Position numbers and translations under genes: made by a program. The notes beneath the pieces were generated by a model, which was not told where the DNA came from, ran no database searches, and saw nothing but the letters and a program-made list of their open reading frames with translations. DNA of 35,133 nucleotides from a virus (lineage: Duplodnaviria; Caudoviricetes): the IMG/VR virus record IMGVR_UViG_3300032226_000124, positions 1 through 35,133 of that record. One strand, written 5' to 3'. Positions 1 to 6,422 of this stretch are shown here, piece by piece (position 1 is the stretch's first letter; each line of letters opens with the position of its first letter).

Positions 1-1106
1 ATGCCCATCATCGGTACTGTGGTCAGTGCTAGGCTGTCTAAGTGGGCACGGATCTGAGCATCAATAGCCTTTTGCATATTGTAGCCCTTCTCAGCGATGC
101 CACGGCCCCAGAAGCGGTTAGGCATAGAGTCGTTCTGGAAGGCTACGATGGGGCGGTCTTCCATCATGTAGGGCGACAACTCAGCCTTAAGCAGGTGCTG
201 GTCATTGGCAATAACAACGATGCCCTCAACCAACTCTGTGTAGTCTGCTGCTTCGTTGCCAAACTCTTCTTGCTTTTTAGCAAACAGTTCAACAATCTCT
301 TCATCTGAGCCAGACTCGATCAGGTACTTCGGCACCAAGCCATAGTAGCGAAGCAATAGTACCTTGTCTTGCTGATACTCAACGTCTTCCTGTACAGGCT
401 CAATGTCGCTGTCTACAGCGGCCTGACCAAGGTTCTCAACCTTATTATAAACACCAGACTCCATACCAGCCACGACAGAGTGTAGCGACACATACTCTTC
501 TACCGCACAGCCCATAGCCTCTTCGATGCTGGTAGCGGTGGGGTCAATCAAGAAGTTCTTAGGATTGATGGCTTTGAGACCAACAACGAACTTAGGCACT
601 TCCTCAACACCGATAGCAGAAACACCCATCTCTACGATTGGGCGCATCGCTGGCCTTAGCACAGTCTTTTCTGCGATGGTAATCTCACCGATGCCGGTTC
701 CATAGACAGCGCCTAAGAGGACAATGTCTGAGACTGACTTGCGGACCTTCTGGTTCTTAAAGTCCTCATACATCTGGTTCTTGATCTGCTCTACATCGAT
801 TCTTTGCTGATCTTTTTGGTCATCAACGATGTCAAAGAACTTCTCACCACGACCAAAGATAGCCTCTTCGATCTCAGCGGTGTGGGACTCGATTGCCTGC
901 TGAAGGGCAGGGGTTACAAGCTGTGAACGCTCAGAGTCTCTTGTCTTGTCTTCTCCAGACCATATACCACGCCAAAGACGCTCATACTCTTTCCAGGACT
1001 CTAAATAGTTCTCATCCCGGTGGTTGCGCCACATAAGGCAACGAGATAAGACCCACTCAGTGATCTTAGCTTCTTTACCGTTGTATTCGTTTTCTTGCTC
1101 TTCCAT
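1..1106 (-). CDS. Portal protein, N-terminal part (runs off the left edge; absent from the ORF track)
   Basis: ATG at 1106 after GGAGAG, just downstream of the terL stop. The frame is open for 368 codons: MEEQENEYNGKEAKITEWV...YERLWRGIW...YGTGIGEI...NFLIDP...RFWGRGIAEKGYNMQKAIDAQIRAHLDSLALTTVPMMG. Motifs and position are typical of podovirus portals. Confidence 0.9.
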   Translation of the reverse strand, partial: MEEQENEYNGKEAKITEWVLSRCLMWRNHRDENYLESWKEYERLWRGIWSGEDKTRDSERSQLVTPALQQAIESHTAEIEEAIFGRGEKFFDIVDDQKDQQRIDVEQIKNQMYEDFKNQKVRKSVSDIVLLGAVYGTGIGEITIAEKTVLRPAMRPIVEMGVSAIGVEEVPKFVVGLKAINPKNFLIDPTATSIEEAMGCAVEEYVSLHSVVAGMESGVYNKVENLGQAAVDSDIEPVQEDVEYQQDKVLLLRYYGLVPKYLIESGSDEEIVELFAKKQEEFGNEAADYTELVEGIVVIANDQHLLKAELSPYMMEDRPIVAFQNDSMPNRFWGRGIAEKGYNMQKAIDAQIRAHLDSLALTTVPMMG

Positions 1107-1114
1107 GCTCTCTC

Positions 1115-2368
1115 CTAGTAGCCTGAAACGGCATCCATTGGTGTGTAATCGTCTTCCTCATAGTCTGAGGTGTACTCCGCAATCGCTATCTGGTCGATGT
1201 AGCTTAGGGCATCAATCAAGTCATCGTGGACCTGGGGGTTAGGGAAGTTCATCAGTTCATCGATGATTTCGCTATTCCAGGGACCCTCGTTGAAGGTAAT
1301 CTTCCCGTGCTCTAGTCTGCCCTGTAAAGACCAAGTGATTCTATCTGTCTTTTTCTTGTTTCCGTGTGTGAGGTCTTCAATACGGAAGTAACTGTTATAC
1401 TTACGCATAAGATCAGACAGATAAGGTAGAACGGCATTCTTTAATGCGCCTCTTTCGATGCCAACACAAACAGGCTCATAGTCACGGACCACATCAAATA
1501 TCTTCTGTGCGGTCTGCTTAATGTCCCACCTACCGTACTCTATATCTGCAACCCACCAACCCTCAGAGGTTACCTTGACTATCGCTATGGCTGACTGGTC
1601 TAGCCTCTTCTTCTTTGCAGTGGTAGCAGCAGCGACATTTTCGAAACCAGCCAAGTCTACAGCTACAAAGTAGCGACCATCCTTAGGCTCTTCATCGTCT
1701 ATCTTGATCCACTCTTCTTTGAAGATGCCACCAGAGGCAGCCTCAAACGAAGCCATAAACTCAGTCCTAAAAGCAAAAGAGGACATAGACTTCTTTGCAG
1801 CTTCAATCTCTTTTGGGTCAAGTAGCGGGTTATCAAAGCTGGTAAAGTGCCAACTCTTGTACTCTTTATCGTCATTCTTCTCACCGTAGTTGTACAACTC
1901 ATAGAAATGGTTGCGACCCATCGGTGTACCAATAAAGAGGGCCTTGCCCTTTAAATCTGCTAGTGCCGGTCTAAGGATCTGCTCAAACACTGAAGGCTTC
2001 ATGTCTGCGTACTCATCGAGCACCACAAACTTTAATGAGACACCTCGCATTGTCTCTGGCCTATCAGCGCCCTTTAGACTGATGACAGCACCGTTGACTA
2101 ACTTAATCTGCATATTGTTGACATGGGAGGATTCAATCACTGGGTTCCCAAGTTCCAACAACGTGAGCCACATAATGTCTCTGGCTTGCCCCTGCGTTGG
2201 GGCTACATACCACACATTGCCTCTGTCAGCCTGCAGTGCTTCTACAATGAGCATCCATGCAGCTAACCTAGACTTACCTGTTCTACGGCCTGCTGCGACC
2301 ACCTTAAACCTGCTCTGGTCATTCCACACCTGTTGCTGCCAAGGCAGTAGCTTAATGTCCAGATTCAT
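1115..2368 (-). CDS. terL: Terminase large subunit
   Basis: Walker A AGRRTGKS, Walker B VVLDE, GTP coupling motif, RNase H-like nuclease residues (AVDLAG, HDDLIDA). Confidence 0.96.
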   Translation of the reverse strand: MNLDIKLLPWQQQVWNDQSRFKVVAAGRRTGKSRLAAWMLIVEALQADRGNVWYVAPTQGQARDIMWLTLLELGNPVIESSHVNNMQIKLVNGAVISLKGADRPETMRGVSLKFVVLDEYADMKPSVFEQILRPALADLKGKALFIGTPMGRNHFYELYNYGEKNDDKEYKSWHFTSFDNPLLDPKEIEAAKKSMSSFAFRTEFMASFEAASGGIFKEEWIKIDDEEPKDGRYFVAVDLAGFENVAAATTAKKKRLDQSAIAIVKVTSEGWWVADIEYGRWDIKQTAQKIFDVVRDYEPVCVGIERGALKNAVLPYLSDLMRKYNSYFRIEDLTHGNKKKTDRITWSLQGRLEHGKITFNEGPWNSEIIDELMNFPNPQVHDDLIDALSYIDQIAIAEYTSDYEEDDYTPMDAVSGY

Positions 2369-2807
2369 AGTCTACGTCTTCAGCATCAATGGTGTCTGCC
2401 TCTACCTTGGCATCAGTGACACCAGAAATATTAATTGTGATGCCAGCTTTGCTGGCTGCGCCGTGCTTTTCAAAATAAGACAAAGGCAACAATCTATCGG
2501 CACACATCTTTAACATCGCTGCTTGGTCTTTATCAGTAGGGTCCAAGGCTTTGTTAATAATCGTTTGGATGATCGTGTCACCCTTTGTGGTCAATAGCCT
2601 CGCATGAAATTCTCTTATGCGTGCAGCCTCACCGGGAGGTCTTCCTAACACAGCCCTCTTTTTCTTTGCCTCAATAGCTGCCTTCTTCGGACGACCTGCA
2701 CCTCTAGGGTTCTTCTTAGGTAACACAGAAACCGTATTCTGTGTAGGCATAGAAGGGGCATCGGTGGAAGAAGACACAAGAACCATATCTTGGTCTTTTG
2801 TTTCCAA
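2352..2807 (-). CDS. terS: Probable terminase small subunit
   Basis: Directly upstream of and overlapping terL. Basic GRPK/GRPP motifs, C-terminal ITINISG plus acidic tail. TTG at 2807 follows a GGAGAG RBS; the track start is 2819. Confidence 0.7.
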   Translation of the reverse strand: METKDQDMVLVSSSTDAPSMPTQNTVSVLPKKNPRGAGRPKKAAIEAKKKRAVLGRPPGEAARIREFHARLLTTKGDTIIQTIINKALDPTDKDQAAMLKMCADRLLPLSYFEKHGAASKAGITINISGVTDAKVEADTIDAEDVDYESGH

Positions 2808-2923
2808 GTTTCTCTCCAATATAGATCAGCACAGAAAACACAAAACCTAAGGTTAGTTGTTAATGTATGTTTTTTTTAAGGCACAACCTAGTACTTGTTG
2901 TCTCAGTGCTATCAATATAGAGG

Positions 2924-2952
2924 ACTATAGCACATTTTTGCTGTTTTGTCAA
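2924..2952 (-). promoter_or_regulatory. sigma70-type promoter for the terminase/portal operon
   Basis: TTGACA-17 nt-TATAGT with extended -10 TG (TGcTATAGT). Confidence 0.8.
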
Positions 2953-3064
2953 GTCCTTTTTTTATTGCCTCGATGCTGGCTCTTCAGTGCCTGCTCAGGC
3001 CTTCGCAATGCACAGATTCCAGCACTGATTTTATTGACCTTCATAGGGAGTCTTTATATAAGAC

Positions 3065-3077
3065 TAAGTCATTGATT
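3065..3077 (-). promoter_or_regulatory. IHF-binding consensus
   Basis: AATCAATGACTTA matches WATCARNNNNTTR fully, in AT-rich context. Confidence 0.55.
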
Positions 3078-3224
3078 ATATTGATCTTTATTGCTGGTTA
3101 ATTATTGACCACTTATAAGTCTATTTTGCTCTTTTTTGTATCCTCCTTTCTTGCTAATTCTGCTTTTCTTGTATCTAAGCGGGTTCAACAATATTATCTG
3201 CATTGCCACTACCCCACCCCCCGG

Positions 3225-3267
3225 CTATGTATCTATGCAGATATCCATATATGCGTCTATGCAGATA
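3225..3267. repeat. Degenerate 8-bp tandem repeat next to a C-tract
   Basis: ctatgtat ctatgcag atatccat atatgcgt ctatgcag; exact 12-mer TCTATGCAGATA at 3232 and 3256; preceded by CCCCACCCCCC (3212-3222). Confidence 0.7.
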
Positions 3268-3288
3268 CAACGATGTTGCAGTGCAATA

Positions 3289-3304
3289 TGGCATGAATCT
3301 TGCT
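3289..3304 (+). promoter_or_regulatory. sigma54 (-24/-12) promoter motif, rightward
   Basis: TGGCATG-AATC-TTGCT versus consensus TGGCACG-N4-TTGCW; GG-N10-GC spacing exact. Confidence 0.65.
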
Positions 3305-3305
3305 A

Positions 3306-3321
3306 GGCAGTTATCGTGCCA
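3306..3321 (-). promoter_or_regulatory. sigma54 (-24/-12) promoter motif, leftward
   Basis: TGGCACG-ATAA-CTGCC on the minus strand; GG-N10-GC spacing exact. Confidence 0.55.
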
Positions 3322-3394
3322 GACTATGTTGGCTATGGTGCAATGCAGTATGTGTGGCGATGTTGCACCACAGCAGACCTACCTAGACCTAAGC

Positions 3395-3411
3395 TGCACC
3401 AAAGCTGTGCA
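3395..3411. promoter_or_regulatory. NtrC-like palindromic box
   Basis: TGCACCA-AAG-CTGTGCA, 12/14 match to TGCACCA-N3-TGGTGCA. Confidence 0.5.
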
Positions 3412-3533
3412 GACTTAGAATACCTGACCAGGTTTGTCAAGATAAGGGTTTTCCCTAGTATCTTCGATGGATCTTATGCGTTAAAGTAGAGTCTGAGTTA
3501 AACAATTAAACCACTAAAGAAAGGCACTACACC

Positions 3534-3719
3534 ATGAATAAGCATCAACAGAAACAGATAGAGATTCTCAAGGCACATCTAGCCATTGGCAACATTGATT
3601 CCGTAGCCATGGGTTTATCAGCCCTAATCAGATCAGCCATGACTAAGAAACAGTCTCAGGCCTTGATGCAAGTCGCTGAAGAGTTTGGTATTATTAATCA
3701 CCCTGAGTTCATTATCTAA
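3534..3719 (+). CDS. Early hypothetical protein (61 aa)
   Basis: First ORF of the plus arm; GAAAGG RBS. Confidence 0.75.
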   Translation: MNKHQQKQIEILKAHLAIGNIDSVAMGLSALIRSAMTKKQSQALMQVAEEFGIINHPEFII

Positions 3720-3738
3720 CCTAGAAAGGCAACACACC

Positions 3739-3981
3739 ATGACAAACCCAACATTCGAGCAGTTTATTGCATCTCGCTTTGAGTCTGACGACATAGTCTC
3801 CGATGTGCCCGAATACTGTTGCAACAAGGGCACTAAGGGCTTTGTGTATGCTTCTCATGGGGCAGTAATTGAGAAGACCTCAGACGGTCAATTAATGCTT
3901 ATGATTGAAAATACTTCAGAATTATCTGATAATCTGCAAGACCTAGAATCTAAACTGTTTAACTATCTACAATTAATCTAA
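3739..3981 (+). CDS. Early hypothetical protein (80 aa)
   Basis: ATG 3739 after GAAAGG; acidic protein. Confidence 0.75.
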   Translation: MTNPTFEQFIASRFESDDIVSDVPEYCCNKGTKGFVYASHGAVIEKTSDGQLMLMIENTSELSDNLQDLESKLFNYLQLI

Positions 3982-3993
3982 GGAGCAATAAAA

Positions 3994-4353
3994 ATGGAAA
4001 ACACTAAATACAATGGTTGGACAAACTACGCCACATGGCGGGTCAATCTTGAGATGTTTGACGGCATCAACCCAAGTGACTATTGGGTTATGGATGATGC
4101 AGACATTGAGTACACCTTGCCCGAATCTCTGAAAGAATGGGCAGAGTCTATAATCACGGACTACAAAACAGAGACCAATTTGGCGCAAGATTACGCTCTA
4201 GCATTTCTGTCTGATGTTAATTGGCGTGAAATCGCTCGGCATCTCATTGACGATCATTTAGAGAATTATGAGGAGAATGACGAATTGGCAACAGATGACA
4301 CTAGATCCTATGGAACACGCAACAAAGAGCAAGATTGCTCAGAGGAGGCCTAA
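3994..4353 (+). CDS. Conserved phage hypothetical protein
   Basis: AAGGAG RBS; YNGWTNYATW...VNWREIA motif pair that I recognise from phage early proteins. Confidence 0.8.
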   Translation: MENTKYNGWTNYATWRVNLEMFDGINPSDYWVMDDADIEYTLPESLKEWAESIITDYKTETNLAQDYALAFLSDVNWREIARHLIDDHLENYEENDELATDDTRSYGTRNKEQDCSEEA

Positions 4354-4355
4354 TT

Positions 4356-4532
4356 ATGAAATCATTAGACTATAAAGACTATCTCATCACCTTTGATCGT
4401 CACCATTGGGGAATTGAAGCATGGGCGATACCTGATCATGGTGAAACCATTCGCCACAAGTTTATCGGGTACACTAAAAAAGAAATGATTGATACAATGA
4501 AATCTTTAATTGAAAGCGAGACTCTAAAATGA
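4356..4532 (+). CDS. Hypothetical protein (58 aa)
   Basis: GAGGAGG RBS, ATG 4356; GYTKKE motif. Confidence 0.7.
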   Translation: MKSLDYKDYLITFDRHHWGIEAWAIPDHGETIRHKFIGYTKKEMIDTMKSLIESETLK

Positions 4533-4618
4533 CTATGTGGCAATATGCTAGTCTGGCAGCTTTATTATTTGGCTGTGCAGCCATAATCATGGTAATGAAG
4601 CCCTGGGATCTAGACTAA
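4529..4618 (+). CDS. Small hydrophobic peptide (29 aa)
   Basis: ATGA overlap with the upstream stop; MTMWQYASLAALLFGCAAIIMVMKPWDLD fills the gap exactly. Confidence 0.55.
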   Translation: MTMWQYASLAALLFGCAAIIMVMKPWDLD

Positions 4619-4637
4619 CTGAAAAGGAGTATTAAAA

Positions 4638-4823
4638 ATGACTGACGAACAAAAATCAGTAATTAGATGCGCTTATTTAGATATGCTTGGCGCTATTCAA
4701 GCGATGCGTCAATTGGATATGCACGCTCATGATTGGGAAGCCCACGAGCAGAGCATTGAAGAGATAGAGAAATACTTTCCCGATGTCATTGGATGTTTAA
4801 TTGAGGAGAATCAAAATGCCTAA
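4638..4823 (+). CDS. Hypothetical protein (61 aa)
   Basis: AAGGAG RBS; tight packing. Confidence 0.75.
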   Translation: MTDEQKSVIRCAYLDMLGAIQAMRQLDMHAHDWEAHEQSIEEIEKYFPDVIGCLIEENQNA

Positions 4824-5016
4824 ATATGAGGTTCCATTGCATTACACAGTATGGGTAAAAGTGGAAGCAGAGAATGAAAATGAGGCGTGGGATAGTGCCG
4901 GAGAATTTGGATCGGGTACGGAGTTTGAAATTAAAACTAAGTATTTGGTTAAAGAGGGATCTCCCGAAATAACTTTTACTGATACAGGAACACCCATGAC
5001 TATTGAGGAGAATCAA
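4800..5016 (+). repeat. Exact 15-bp direct repeat ATTGAGGAGAATCAA flanking one gene
   Basis: Copies at 4800-4814 and 5002-5016; each contains the RBS of the next gene. Confidence 0.85.
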
Positions 5017-5022
5017 CAATGA
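4816..5022 (+). CDS. Hypothetical protein (68 aa)
   Basis: GAGGAG RBS, ATG 4816; VEAENENEA motif common in small phage proteins. Confidence 0.75.
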   Translation: MPKYEVPLHYTVWVKVEAENENEAWDSAGEFGSGTEFEIKTKYLVKEGSPEITFTDTGTPMTIEENQQ

Positions 5023-5342
5023 AGCACAAACAATGCAACGCAGATCAAACAAACATGAGCAGTCTTAGAGGCTATGTCAACGCCACATATGACGAATTGT
5101 GTCGCTGTTTTGGTGCGCCAACGGTCTTTATTGGCGATAAGACCAATGCAGAATGGTTCATAGAATTCGAAGACGGTTCCGTCGCCACAGTCTATGATTG
5201 GAAGCTAGACCATATCCCTTTAGGGCCTTATCGATGGCACATTGGCGGGTTTGATGCCTACGCTGTTGCATCTGTCCACGAGGCCATGATAGAATCAAGA
5301 CTGTCTAACTTTACAGAAAAGCAGAGGGCACTATGTTACTAA
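5019..5342 (+). CDS. Conserved phage hypothetical protein (107 aa)
   Basis: GAGGAG RBS; FGAP..GDKT..EW..ATVYDWK..WHIGG pattern. Confidence 0.8.
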   Translation: MKHKQCNADQTNMSSLRGYVNATYDELCRCFGAPTVFIGDKTNAEWFIEFEDGSVATVYDWKLDHIPLGPYRWHIGGFDAYAVASVHEAMIESRLSNFTEKQRALCY

Positions 5343-5569
5343 CTAATAAAGAAGTAGTGGATATCCTAGACGACAGGCTAGATTACAGCGATTTTGGGAA
5401 TTGGTACGGCGATGAAGATGCATTGATCGAATTTGCCTACCATATCGTCAAAGCAGAGGATCAAAAAAGACTCCAATTAGCATATGAAAAGGATTTATTA
5501 AGAGATACCTATTTCAGCGAATCAATGGAAGCCTTTGATGCTCTATGTCTTAAAAAGGTGACACCATGA
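5333..5569 (+). CDS. Hypothetical protein (78 aa)
   Basis: Overlapping and coupled ORF with GAGGG RBS. Confidence 0.7.
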   Translation: MLLTNKEVVDILDDRLDYSDFGNWYGDEDALIEFAYHIVKAEDQKRLQLAYEKDLLRDTYFSESMEAFDALCLKKVTP

Positions 5570-5817
5570 GATGCCGGTCATGTAATGAGGCTTTAACCGA
5601 TTATGAGACCACGATCAGATCAGTTTACACCAGGGACTATCTCTCTATGTGCAAACAGTGCTTAAAATCGATTAAAACAGACCTTGTAGCCGTTGGTAAT
5701 GTTTCCTTGATGTCTGAGGCAGACGAAACAGACGAAGGCACAGAGAGCGATTTAGACCCATTAGCGGGTAATTTCGATATTGAGGACTATTCTGATGACC
5801 AATGGAGGGACAGATGA
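5566..5817 (+). CDS. Zn-finger-like protein with acidic tail
   Basis: CRSC...CKQC followed by a D/E-rich C-terminus. Confidence 0.75.
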   Translation: MRCRSCNEALTDYETTIRSVYTRDYLSMCKQCLKSIKTDLVAVGNVSLMSEADETDEGTESDLDPLAGNFDIEDYSDDQWRDR

Positions 5818-6404
5818 GGGTTTTAATTGCCTGTGAGTTTAGCGGGACTGTCAGAGATGCCTTTATTGCTAAAGGACATGATGCTATGTCTTGCGATTTA
5901 GAGCCAACAGAAAGCCCTGGCCCACACTATCAAGGTGATGTTTTTGATATAATCAACGATGGTTGGGATCTTATGATTGCTCACCCGCCATGTACACATC
6001 TTGCCGTTAGTGGTGCTAGGCACTTTGCCAAAAAGAGGCAAGACGGAAGACAACAACAAGGCATTGACTTCTTTATGGCTTTGGCTAATTGTGGTATTCC
6101 TAAGTATGCTATAGAAAACCCTATTGGGATCATGTCTAGTATTCACAGAAAGCCTGACCAGATTGTTCAGCCTTGGGAATACGGGCACAAGACAACAAAA
6201 GCCACTTGTTTATGGCTTAGGGGCTTGCCTTTGTTGAAGCCAACAAACATTGTTGAAAAAGGTGAGTTTGTTGTGTTCCCTAGTGGTAAGCGAATGTCTA
6301 AGTGGTATGCAGACTCAGCTAAAAACTCGCCAAAGGAACGGGAACGCATTCGTAATAAAACATTCCAGGGCATAGCAGACGCTATGGCAGAGCAGTGGGG
6401 ATAA
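5814..6404 (+). CDS. Short phage DNA cytosine-C5 methyltransferase-like protein
   Basis: Motif I-like VLIACEFSG, catalytic HPPC, ENP motif, QPWEYGH..K.TCLW; GGAGG RBS. Confidence 0.75.
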   Translation: MRVLIACEFSGTVRDAFIAKGHDAMSCDLEPTESPGPHYQGDVFDIINDGWDLMIAHPPCTHLAVSGARHFAKKRQDGRQQQGIDFFMALANCGIPKYAIENPIGIMSSIHRKPDQIVQPWEYGHKTTKATCLWLRGLPLLKPTNIVEKGEFVVFPSGKRMSKWYADSAKNSPKERERIRNKTFQGIADAMAEQWG

Positions 6405-6405
6405 G

Positions 6406-6422
6406 CTGGCACGATTCTTGCT
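6406..6422 (+). promoter_or_regulatory. sigma54 promoter motif upstream of the replication genes
   Basis: CTGGCACG-ATTC-TTGCT, a perfect match to YTGGCACG-N4-TTGCW, in an intergenic gap and oriented with the downstream genes. Confidence 0.75.

Larger units (their letters stand above)
3273..3376. promoter_or_regulatory. Three related 17-bp TGC-rich boxes (PhaR-like)
   Basis: ATGTTGCAGTGCAATAT (3273-3289), ATGGTGCAATGCAGTAT (3335-3351), ATGTTGCACCACAGCAG (3360-3376). The repeats are directly visible; the PhaR assignment is inference. Confidence 0.5.

Noticed and set aside
42-2850. Plus-strand ORFs 42-308, 1024-1242, 1704-1889, 1911-2513 and 2617-2850
   Set aside because: Antisense to portal and terminase genes; no motifs or RBS.
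2960-2990. Hammerhead-like CUGAAGA followed by a GCC...GGC stem on the minus strand
   Set aside because: The stem is followed by AAUA rather than the required GAAA, and no consistent stems I and III were found.
3225-3376. Repeats as a mini CRISPR array
   Set aside because: Units are 8-17 bp, degenerate and irregularly spaced; no cas genes.
3105-3418. ORFs 3105-3296 and 3203-3418 in the control region
   Set aside because: No RBS; the peptide features (MLQCNM, MVQCSM, YAD repeats) are translations of the DNA motifs.
3412-3440. TTGACA on the minus strand at 3440-3435 as a sigma70 promoter
   Set aside because: No acceptable -10 at 16-18 nt spacing.
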